From Botryllus schlosseri (taxonomy: Eukaryota): a stretch of 64,000 bases of DNA. The notes beneath the pieces were generated by a model that saw only the letters and a list, made by a program, of their open reading frames with translations, was not told where the DNA came from and ran no database searches. Of this stretch, positions 11,601 through 21,300 are shown one piece after another. The first letter of the stretch is position 1. Each line of letters opens with the position of its first letter. A program made the translations under genes and the position numbers. The DNA lies in assembly GCA_051294905.1 (NCBI GenBank), contig CM119383.1, forward strand, positions 6,572,001 through 6,636,000. Direction: 5' to 3'.

Positions 11601-12583
11601 GAAAATAAGGTTTTCGACCAAGTAACACGAATTTATACTGATGACAGCACTCTATCAAAGCGCAACGGTATCTACAGGTTCCAAATAACTTCCCACATCG
11701 CAGATCACATAGTCACAATGTAAATAGAAATGCCACCGACCCCTCAAATTCCAGACTCGATTATTGGAACATTGCGTCACATCATATGTTACTTATACGT
11801 TATCATCTGTGACGTCATGACATGACAATAGAACATCCTACCTTGTAAAAGAGGTTGCAATGCAAGTTTTTCTTCCAAAAGTCGAACACGTTCTGAAATT
11901 CAGAATTAGAATTTGTAAATGGGCTGGGTCGGTCATGGCTTATGGCCATGGTTGGGTTTGATCAAAATGACGTCACAGCATACAGAAATGATGCAGAAGT
12001 CATCTACGGCTAAGCCTCGATCAGTATAAAACGAGAAATCTTCATTATTTTTGTTCATTTCGCAGTGTCTGGACTATCGTGGTATGGCCATTGGCCATTG
12101 ACGGATAGCCTTCTTGACGACAATATAGCAACGATGACCGTGATTATACAAAGTTGGATCACTTTCACCCTTCACGTACTGGTATTTGCTGCTGTCTGTT
12201 GATTTTTGGACTCTGCATAACACGCATTCAAGTCTTGTTAGCATAGTATTATTCCTCAAGTTTATAGTTTACCTTCCAATTCCGTCATATCCTGATTTTG
12301 GCGCCTATTGTATTTGTTTTGTTCGCCATCCACTTTTTGGAGACCTTCTATGTCATCGCGGATTTTTTCTGACAATAATAAGTTATGTTTAGCGTCAATC
12401 GGATAAGAAAGGAGTTTTTGAAAGCCTTGACCTACTCATTGGTGCTTTTATCTGGCTTTGCAGGATCTCGGACACTTTGTTGTCGAAGTTTTCATTGACT
12501 TTGCACGTGAACAATCCACTGTCATCACCTCGAACTTGAGCAACCAAACCTACCCACAACCCGAGTACGAACACAACCTGCAT
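2693..12583 (-). CDS. Secreted fibrinogen-related protein (signal peptide + coiled coil + C-terminal FReD; angiopoietin-like/FREP architecture), ~321 aa, 8 exons
   Basis: Hand-spliced exons 12583-12436, 12368-12273, 12212-12180, 11892-11842, 11435-11329, 11248-11152, 11092-10996, 3029-2693. All are GT-AG and phase-compatible (966 nt). Signal peptide MQVVFVLGLWVGLVAQVRG; FReD motifs LCDTKTDGGGWI, VFQSRQNGKLNFDRNWNDYSNGFG, EFWLG, YELRIDL, FSTKDHDND, NCAASLKGGWWFTNCNLSNLNG. The exon 3 acceptor choice is the least certain part. Confidence 0.85.
3474..3930 (+). repeat. 5' LTR (457 bp)
   Basis: Direct repeat of 10222-10678; the only difference seen by eye is T3898 vs C10646. Confidence 0.97.
3998..8947 (+). 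CDS. BEL/Pao gag-pol polyprotein (gag, three zinc knuckles, aspartic protease, RT, RNase H), ending prematurely after a frameshift near 8890
   Basis: Zn knuckles CFMCNEKHFLNQC, CFKCLKSGHFGKAC, CIRPGCKGNHTTLLH; protease ALIDNAS; RT VFDAS, LLQGPDL, GDIRSMFHQV, FGTVSSP, FYVDDFL; Pao RNase H HHFSDASELCYGAV, TIPRMELCAA, FWTDSTTVL, NPADIASRG. Confidence 0.95.
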   Translation: MDFNNQTKDPDLDVTPRCEEDIKVTKTKDKPKSSRSHGARSKSSVQTRSMSKALEHKYLKAKSSSKSSSSHRSSTGTGTSTSSHSTKSRYSGMNVENVVNYHRKLQEISSARAKQDIEDIQASMNTEIQSIKNQTALARANLQEQKKKLAEDLRKKLDEEKRKLEEEQRKLEEEQRKLEEEEQELQRRQNQQCEMIKQRMQQNADETARRVRREHLQNTCELELELTRRGVSTQSSPQLTAEELQPSENRSLAPQVSNVPEQLQQASAAIQPTNNVITSIAEASTSVAPNVTPPISSNTSYAGVAIPFNMSHSSRQMSNAMNENVCVRERSNSNCVTARLNACIAPKNQSPVIDAENSRLVVAPPMIDTQITPNLPSSFASGSVQPFVPANSNQAATAGCAVQTAANSDLNVKPNQPTSLFQCENPYVIHQVKPSDKIVPLKLEPKCFSGDPIEFDTFKEMINATLNRQPWSQKQKLMHLLQYTRGIANTFVKACEDMENCFDEALAVLRDNFGQPFQISDRYINTVTNGSKLVEGDNDSLLLFHALLTACTNKLTKFGRICDVSRSMVEQIAERLPPSWQPGWRTLVAEVTFDLKTELTVEHVNDYVRQKIREITSKYTNPNHEISKKQVTGVFKAGKPKASFSTQVVTPTLELCFMCNEKHFLNQCIQFRKMQYPDRVEFVKTKRLCFKCLKSGHFGKACKRIQACIRPGCKGNHTTLLHPPEEKIKEVANKTLDSANEQIEGQGKISDSKEATSFFSASCDDNEYDDDECVTLNVVLARLRIVGTDKYIVTLALIDNASNCSFISEELVKLLGLAGPERNVTFQTIEPSKNTKKSTIVRGLEISDYEGSEYVPLKSLISTEKIALDNDLRPTQSDVHQFQQFEDIPIPDLSGDIGLLIGKNNPKIHKPLETIYGPEDYFAVKSAIGWMFTCPKQSEPFKPHSYFIQTNPNPLCRMCHDDVNSIANDKTELSVNDKLFMEKVSSTILLDSNGHYQMELPLKHPDLTLPDNKHQAKQRINYLQKRFQKDPKFFDEYKVFMSDMITNGYAEKVHNDGPVGKTWYLSHHGVYHPEKKTIRVVFDASAKFNNLALNDLLLQGPDLTNNLVGVLSRFRRNEVAIQGDIRSMFHQVKVDESDRDLLRFLWWKDNDPNQQLETYRMTVFLFGTVSSPSCANFALRTVAEDNKNAYDIDVINAVQKNFYVDDFLDSCEDTPAAIRRVEDVSSLLSKGGFELTKWASNCREVLAAIPESNRAKNLKNIDLLTDELPMEKTLGLAWNIEDDSWCFRVKEKHKPCTRRGILSIVNSIFDPLGIAQTIVQPMKVLMQHLCKNSYNWDDPLPEEARKIWCDWLSQLQKLENFTIPRCFKPSKFGQVTRIELHHFSDASELCYGAVSYLRYVNDAGEIHCSFVCGKTRLAPIKGSTIPRMELCAATISASYNKFLLKELDLPIDDSYFWTDSTTVLRYLTNKDKAFKTFVANRINMIKESSELSDWRYVPSKQNPADIASRGQTVSEFLTCDMWKFGPEFLWKDSSEWPQQPTFLEELSCDDPEIKKPNKLCFLTITTSNSVLDELIFKISCWTRLKRVLAWVLRFKNNLLAKARNKQPNAKLTNKALTLTEVKAAEEMLIRQRMEAEIKMLLLVTTQNIR
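8896..10089 (+). pseudogene. BEL/Pao integrase portion, out of frame with gag-pol
   Basis: Frame reads GGRNQNAPIGYDSKHPIIIP...H(VSCG)H...CVSC (HHCC), VDCFGPF, SDNGSNF, GGVFERQIRTVRK and the C-terminal RWRQVQYLADLFWTRWKKQYL motif. It has no natural start and is fused to pol in intact elements. Confidence 0.9.
10222..10678 (+). repeat. 3' LTR (457 bp)
   Basis: Direct repeat of 3474-3930, followed by the ATGAC target duplication. Confidence 0.97.
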
Positions 12584-13350
12584 GTTGTTCGGTTGTTACC
12601 AATGAATCCAGAGCGAAACAATCTTGGTTTCGTTATATGCGGCAATATGGTTTGGTGTTTAGAAATTGGGATATTTTGAATTGTTTGTGTTGCTGATTTA
12701 GTTTTTGTATCCCCGGGCCAGATCTAAATGAAATTCGATATATTCGCCCATATACGCGATGATCATATTTCATTTAGAAAGATTAGAAGTATAGCAGCCT
12801 GAATGATAGTAGGGCCGAAATAATAGGGATGGACAAGGATGCCAAAACGCTGACCTCTACCACATGAATTTCTGTGACCCAGTTCTATTTTCAAAATTCT
12901 ATACCGATTGCTAGGCAAAATCCCTGTAATCAAAATATTTCGAGTTGAGTGAAGTTACTGTTTGAACGACTATAACGTTTTTTTGTTGGTTGGACAAGGC
13001 ATTACAACTAAAAATTGCACCTTCGTGGGAACTGCGTTATCATTTTTGGTTGTTTGGGAATGTTATGGAACCAAAGTTGGTTAAAAGGGATGAGGGCATT
13101 AGGCCATAGACGTAATCGGTGGTACATTTCAGCTAATCCACCCCTTCCATCGCATACTGAAAATATTGCGTATTCGAATTTACAAGGCCTATATTGCTTC
13201 GAACCTCTGAACAAGTAATTGTGCAATCTATCCTGTTAGTGTGGACAATGAACATGCTGGACAGTCCCAAGAAATGCCTTTGCTCATTGATTGCGTTGTA
13301 TCGAAAAATATTCGCTACCCAAGCTGTTCTTCATAACGGTGTCTCGCAAC

Positions 13351-13606
13351 CAGAGGTTGTCAACGTAGTCACCGTCGGTACTCAAGTAGAAGTTGAAGTA
13401 ACGCGGTAAATTGCCACTAAAGTACCAGTAAAAATAGTAATTTACTATAGTAAGCAAAAAAGTAAGTATGTTCGAGGTCTATAAAATTGTCACGTAGAAG
13501 TAGACGTGTAGTCTAAATTAGAAGCACTTGAGGAAGCAGTGCGAGTAGACAACATCTATTTAAAGTAGGCTACTTCGAAAAAGTACTGCGTTAGTGGCCA
13601 CCTCTG
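13351..13606. mobile_element. MITE with CAGAGGT(G/T)G termini and AGTA-rich interior
   Basis: Termini CAGAGGTTGTCA / TGGCCACCTCTG; TACTCAAGTA and AAGTAGAAGT motifs recur near 19600-19735, 39050-39200, 49692-49820, 50940-51065, 54250-54606, 54880-55060, 56200-56350, 57030-57120, 58350-58520. Confidence 0.6.
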
Positions 13607-14783
13607 CTCACAGGCAAACAAACATACGTTTTATGTGGATTGGAGGTGTCTGTTAACATTTTAGCGCTGTGTCCTTGAGTTTTCATGCAAATTTCTCCCA
13701 GGATCGGAACAGCACTTTGTCAAGCCGCCCCAAACGACGGTATATTGAACCTGTGCAGGGTCTGTAGGACTATACGAAGTCGACTTCTACTTATGTTGAG
13801 TTACGACACGTACTATATAGTCATTATGTCAGAATTTAGTGTCCATTTTGTCTTACACTTCGACGATCCGTGGACCGTAATCATTTTTTCACCATTATTT
13901 AAACTCTAAATTTGAATCTGCTGCAGTCAATCACCCGCCTGCATCATGTCATTAGCTTGAGTCGTAGGTCACCTGGGCCGAAAATTGATGGAGTGATCGA
14001 ATATCGAATGTAGGCTAAACATTCGATAGATACATCGTCATCGATGATCTATGTGCCTAGGCCAGGTGGGTGCCTGATTTCTAGGACCAAAGAATGTAGA
14101 AGTCCTATATTCTTTGTCCAGGACTACTCCAATTCGTTACGACGCCTTCCTATCTTTCATTGTATAGCAGTCACGTGGTGTATTGAAATGATGAAATTGG
14201 GAGCAATAAATTGAATTGAATTAAATGGATATCTTGTGGCGCAGTTATTAGGAGTCATAATTCTCAAAGACCATGTGTATCTCGTGTTTTATCATCGAAC
14301 ATGCAAACGACTATTGTCTGTATAATCGTGATTACTTTGCAATGTAATCGTAATCGACAACTGTGTTATTTTGCTGTAATCGTAGTCGTACCGTTATGAA
14401 GCAATCGTGATTGCATCGATAACATTGAGTAATCGCGCTATGGCTGGCTCGCGGCCCCATACATATACAATAATACTAAGTTTAGAATAGAACTCATGCC
14501 GCTCTAGTCTACACTCGCCCGAAATATCTTTTGTATTGCCGGCAAGCAGCGCACGATATGTTATTACTACGTCTCATCTTTAACCCATTCACGATAACAG
14601 TTTCATTAATATTATCATTGACTATCCGTGCTCGAGTCGCTGAACCTTCCATGGTTACGATTAAGCCTACGAGAAATTACTAGAGCGTTACAAAGATACC
14701 ACCATCGCGCATGCGTGGCGTCCCTAGTTGCAGTGAATGGGATAAAAAAGAGATGGAAGAATAGCCTGCGCTTGTAGGCCGAG

Positions 14784-15338
14784 GTGAGTACCCTATTGTT
14801 TCTTGTAACTTTGCCCTACTATATTCTCTGGAAAGCCTATTGGTGTTATCCGACAATGTACAATAGCTGATTAAAAGGACGCTTAAGAGAAACAATGCAT
14901 TCCTCTCTCTTTGTATAAATGAATTCTGTTTCACTCTACCTAAGATGTCGGATATCGTATCTTATTTTAGGATAAGCCTCTTGGAGCACTACGGGACGAG
15001 TAAAATCTGAACTTTCTAGTAAGGGCGTACTCGAATAGCGCACCCGTCTAGTGAAGGTCGGACAGTCCTTCAAGTGGCTGTCATATTTTGAAGATGTAAC
15101 CCGAATCCCCGCAAACAATGCTCGACATTCCAAGTGTTTTCATATTGCGAACTTTAACTTTGTAACGTAAACATCGAGAAGCATATGTATTCTGAGGGCG
15201 TCAGTAATATAAGATAGTGTTATCAGACTCTAGACAGGTTTTTGTCACTGAATTTAGGTCACACCATACAGGCAACACGAGATTGTCCTTGTTCATTTTT
15301 GTGGATATTTGTATTATGTTCTAGTGGCCTTTTTGCAG
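14784..15338 (+). other. Probable 5'UTR intron of SPATA18
   Basis: Strong donor GAG|GTGAGT at 14784 and pyrimidine-rich acceptor CCTTTTTGCAG ending 15338, 39 nt before the ATG. Confidence 0.45.
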
Positions 15339-15377
15339 GGTTTTTACTGTTCAAGTTGACGAAACCTATATACCAAA

Positions 15378-18300
15378 ATGTCTGATACGATCAGAAGACT
15401 TGCAAACACAGGCTCCTTTAATGTGATGCAAGATAAAGTTGACAGCCTACGAAGAAATTACAGCGTATGTAGAATTGCATTCTTGTGCCTAATGAAATGA
15501 GCATCTAACAGCCATTACTTTATTGAATTCAGCGAAACACGTGCGATACGAATCTCGGAAGGATATGCGAACTGATCGAACTATCTTCGAAGCTTCAAGG
15601 CCAACTTTTCACTGCAATGAGCCTAACTGCGTCGGAAGGAGGCACATACGGTGGAGTTGATACGTTAAAAAGCAGACTATTGCCGTGGCTTGGAAGCGGT
15701 TTCAATGCATCTGGTGCCAACGTATCGTCAGACACAAGTCTGAAACTTCTTCAGGTTCGGATTCTCTTTGCTTAGGATAAAATATTTAAATCAACTAGAA
15801 CCGTTCACTTAATGAGAGAAGGGATAGGTAGATTTAAAAGTTTAAAATTCTCTATCTGTGAAATCCGTTTCGAAATGACCTGCAAAATTATGGAGTTCAT
15901 ATCTGGTCTGATAATAATCAGGTCATAATCACCCAATTCGAATGAGAGGCCGCGATCATTCAAACGCACTGCATATTCATGCAACATTCCTCAATTCTAA
16001 GTGGAGTTGATGTCTAATGCCATAACTTTTGCATAGAAATTTCTTATGCCAGGAAAATTGATTAGGCCTAACACATTACACCACTGTATTTTAATAATCA
16101 TGGTCTATGGTTCAAGTTTGCTGGCTAAATACAAGCTATTTAAAATGATCATTCATTGTGAGGTTTAATATCACGTTGCGAAACATGTGCTCATTAATTT
16201 TATCGATGGTGTTGCAAGGAAAGAACGACACACAACTTTAGTTCAAAACTGATTCCGGCACGTACTAATGGAGTAATCTACTAAGTCCTGATGTATTTTA
16301 ATTATAAAGAGATATGTTATTGCCTACTTTATCTCCCGTGCGTTAGTATTCAATTCTTTCCAAATCTTATGACCTTCCTTGTTGGAAGTAAGTTTTCAGA
16401 GTTGTGCAAACATACTTCGCGAATATCATCATATCCTCTACAAACAAAAGGTTTAATCTTCGATCGATCCTAAATCTTTTCAACAATCGTGGCATATTTA
16501 TGGATATAATAAAAGCCAATTAACATGTTGCTTAAGCTTTGGTAACGTGGGCTTAGTGAAAGCAAGTAAGGACACTAGCTACGCAATTGGAGAATACTTT
16601 GTAGCAAACAGAAATGTCGCTATCCAGCTAACATATTGTTTGATGATACCGTCATCCTTGAGATACCCTGTGTACTACGGAAAAGTAAATATGAATCACA
16701 CCGCGGTGATGATGTAAGACTTTTGTTAAATGAGGAAGCGTTAATACCTATAGGAGCCTTAGCGTCTGATAAAATAAATAGACGCCAGCAAAGTATCAAT
16801 ACATCAAGTTATGTGTCATTCTGTGCAAACAATGATAAAAATGAACGCTTTTCAGGAAACCGTGGAGAAGGACAGGAAGATCGCAGAGCTGGAATGCGAA
16901 CTCAACCGGTCAAAAGATGAACTTACCGACACCGTTGACAAGTATGCTTTTAAAACACTAGTTCAGACAACCGTATTTTTGTGTATTGACCGTGGTACAT
17001 TTTGAATGACACTCAATTACCCGTGACTTTGCAGTAAGAGGTTCTCGAGTGGTGTTTACGTGATAGAACCAAAGCGTGGAATTTATGGGATAACTGTCCT
17101 CAACGATTGCCCGTTGGATGCTAATACTTTACGTCAACAAGATTGCTGTATTGGACTGCACGTGATTGTGTTTTTTTCTTTACTAACCAGATTAAACAAC
17201 AGTGAAGCTGAGCTTGAGCAAACAAAAGTGGAGTCTGGAGGCACTTTGCTTGCTTCTGAAGAAGAAATACTAAACTTGAGAACCGAGTATGTTTGATATC
17301 AGCATGAATTTCTCCAAAACTAACCATCATGTACTCTACATTGTGTGATATGACACCATTAGTAAAATTTGCAATTATAATTTTGCATTTTCTGTAGCTG
17401 ACAATTTCTCTAATCTCGGACATGGCTTATGGGTGGTGATGGCACCGAACATAGATTTAACAAAGATCACGAGTATGCCAGTATAATGATTTATTAACAT
17501 ATAGAATTTAGACCAGTGATTCCCAAAGTGGGTGTCAGCGGGTCAGCGCCACCCTGGGGGTCGCTGGCCACGAAATGATACTTTATTTCAGGGTTGTAAC
17601 CGAGTCACAAGATTCCGAGTCACAAGTCAATCTCACTTTTATAGCTTTGACTCGAGTCAAGTCGAGTCATTTTCAATTCACTACCAAGTCACGGAGACGA
17701 GTGTCGAGTCCGAGTCATAGTGTTTTGACTCGAGTCCAAGTCATTGTATTGATTTTTCAGTTCCGCGTTAATGTCATGTGAAACCCACTTTTTACAATTC
17801 TGCTTGGTGATATCGAATGCTTCACATTCATAATATACTAATTTTCCTCACTTTCAACAGTTTCTGGTAGCATTTACCAGTATCAGTACTGATAGACAAA
17901 ATATTAATAGTGTGATAACTTTACTATTCTTCGAAATTGCAATGAAATGCCTGTCTTGGTAGACACAGTCTCGAGTCATATGACTTGGTTCGAGTCATGC
18001 GTAATGACTCGAGTACAAGTCGAGTCAATACACGAATTGACTCAAGTCATTATAACCCTGCTTTATTTCTTGTGAGAATGGCGCCAGGTGAAAAACTTTG
18101 GGAGACACTAATCTAGATGTAATATATTCAATTCTAAGACCTGCTCTAGATATTAGCTTGTAGCGTCAAATTATTTTTTTTATATCACACAAAGTTTAAA
18201 TTCATGTGCATAATTATGCAATTTCGAATCCTACTACAAGGTAAATAAGCTCGATGAAGCATCATCACTACGACATTTCCTACTTAAATTATGCCATTAG

Positions 18301-21300
18301 CAGGCGTTAATGTTGCGCCTGTTTCTTATTTAGCCTTCGCCTTGCCAAAGAGGAAGCGAACAGATACAAAAGGAGAGTTGACGATCTGAACGACTACGAA
18401 CGTCAAATCAGATTTTTGCGAAACGAGATTTCTAACTTGCAAGACGAGAAGGACATTTTGCAAAGCAGGTAAACCGATACGGCTTCTCTAGAAATATTAC
18501 TGATGACAACTTCGCAAACATGCTGCATGTAATTCTCATTTTTAATGGAAATGCCACATATGTAGGCCTTGGTCGGATAAAGCAGTCTGGAATTGGAACT
18601 GTTATGGTTTGTCTGACACTTATTGAGGTTTATCATCATCCAACATGCTTTCCGTTCATTATTCATTACTTAGCATCACTATTTGGAACTTTCTGCCACA
18701 CTGCGATGGGGATCTATTTTGTAGTATGGAATAACTTTTGGCTTTTGTGCCTGAATCATTGGATTCATACACGGATTCATATTTAATGCTACTCACCCTA
18801 GCACACAAGGCAATGATGGTCGCTGTGTGCTGTAGCCTTGACAACTATTGTGTTTCTAATCTCTTACATGCTTGTGAACGTCTACAATCTTAAGATGTAA
18901 ATCCACTCTGTATTTGCGGATAACCTGCCCAACAGAGAGATGATCGTGAGTTCTGACAGTGCCTTTTTATTCAACAGCCTCCGACGCTCCAGAGCTCGCA
19001 GCGTTAGCCCGGTGAGAGCAACTCGCGATAGATCACCAAGGTAAGGAATTTAGGGATGGAACTTTGTACAATGGCACACTCGGAACAAAAGCGTTAAGAA
19101 AACAGGAACTGTGCGGAGACCGGTTTGATGTGGCAAAACCAACAAAGGCTATTGTCGTTCAGAAAGTTTTCATAAATCCGCGATTTTTATTTGACCAAAG
19201 AAAAACACTCGGTACAGTCACGTTGGCTGCATAGATCATCTTTTCAACGTTTTTATTATTCGTGAGCGCCAATCATATAATTATGCGATGAGATATTTGA
19301 CATTGAATTACAATTGTTTGTTTCTACTTTCAGCCCTATTAGAAGAATTCCCCCCTCGCCGCTACCGTCCCCGACGCATGCCGAACTAACCAACTCGATC
19401 AGACATTCGCGGCTTGTCGCCAGGTTCAACGACCTTTACGCTATCGACAGACTTGATATGCAGGTACGGGTCGATGTTAAATAATGATGCAATAACCGCA
19501 AAACTATACCCAGAGTTGGAAACGGTGGAATCGGTTCGATTTGTGACTGGGATTTCCATGGAAAATTAGTTTCTCTACTCGAAATTGTTGGAATGGTACA
19601 ATTGTCAATGCTTTAAACTGAAAACTGCTTAGAAGTGGTCTAAAACCACAACCTTGAGCAGCAGTTCAAGTTGGCATAACCTACTTAAGTACTTAAAAAA
19701 GTAGAAGTACCCCATCACCGGCCACTTCTGTGTGAAGATACTGACAATTACCAATAATGATTCAACCATTGGCTGAACAGGGTGTTTCCGTGTTGCATTA
19801 TAGGTAGTGGTTGGATTCAGCCGGTTCGCACCGGTTCAATAGAATGAAATTTTATGACGTCTGCGAATTGGTTAGGAGTTCTGGTTACTGTCAATTACTT
19901 TTTGTAGCAGAACCGGCTGAAAATATGACTTTTGTAATAGAACCGGCTGACAAAGAATTTGAACCCCGCCACGAGTTCGCCCTGTGTGTTACCCATGGCA
20001 AGAAAGAACACATTGGCTAATGTTATGGGTTATGTGCCAGATAAAGTATGCAATGCCTATTGAAACAATGGATTAATGATATAAATTTTTTAAGGACCGC
20101 CTGCGTCGTTTTGTGGACGACGACGAGATGGTGAAAAGAATCCTATTTATCGCCACTTGCGAATCGTTCCACGTCGCAAAGATGGCGTTTCGATCCTTCA
20201 GACTGCGTGCCAGACGTCTGCTGTCGCCGATCCACACCGGACCCGGCGAATTGGAAGACGCCGTCAACGACTACATCGTCAGGAATTTGGATTTGCACGA
20301 CCTGGAATCCAGCGTCGACGTAAGGGGGATATCTCAGCTAGTTCATAGCTTAGAGTAGTTTCGAGGTCATTAAATATTTATTGCTGCTACATGCCTCAGT
20401 CATTCGAGTGTGTACAGAGCAGTATACTTCAGGAATCGGAGCTTACGTCAATGGTTCCAATCTTCCAAACCTTTACTAATCGGGCCAAGTGTCTAACCCT
20501 TACACTAAGCTGCATTCTAAATTTTCGCAAAAACCGAAGTCTATGACAATACACAGCTAGTACATTACTATAGAATACTAGTGCTCCTAATGAACTGTGC
20601 ATCAACAAGAAGAAAAAAGTAGATATTAGAATGAATATTTACTAGGGATGGTGTGAACCTCTAAAAGGTTCAGGTTCGTGTGAACGCGAACCTTATTGAA
20701 AGGTTCTGTGTGAACGCGAACGTGAACCTCATGACGTCACGTGACGTCATATTGCTAATTCCAACCCTATATTTCAATGAAGTGATAGCCTATATTAATG
20801 TACACGATATACCCAGCGACGACTCGAGCCACATAATGGCACAATGCTGAAGTACATATTGACGTTTTAAACGTCGCTAAATGTATCAACTGAGGCAATC
20901 AAATGATATAATAATCCCATAAATCAATATTTTCCGTCGCTTCGCTAACAATTTCGACGAGGACTTGCCAGGCACTGTAAGCTTACGCCTTAACGGTCTA
21001 GGCCAGACCCGAAAATGTATTCGGCGTCTGAGTATTGCTACATGGATATTGCGCAGAGTGTAAAACGGGTTTCTATACTTGCTACCACTATTACTCCATT
21101 AACAAGTTATACAACAATAGCCAACACCCTAATCGCCCGGATTTGGTTTATATGATACAGCAAACATGTGAAGACAAGATTGACCCCGTACGATACTAGA
21201 TTTTTACATCAGAAAACGATATCGATTGAATAAGCATCATTCGCTATCTACATGTAGTGTATTTCGCTCTTGATATTGTGTGATTGCCGGTCAAGCTCAC

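Noticed and set aside
12074-12259. ORF with HRCYIV..W resembling a C-type lectin start
   Set aside because: It is an off-frame reading spanning exon 3 and introns of the fibrinogen-domain gene; no further lectin motifs follow.
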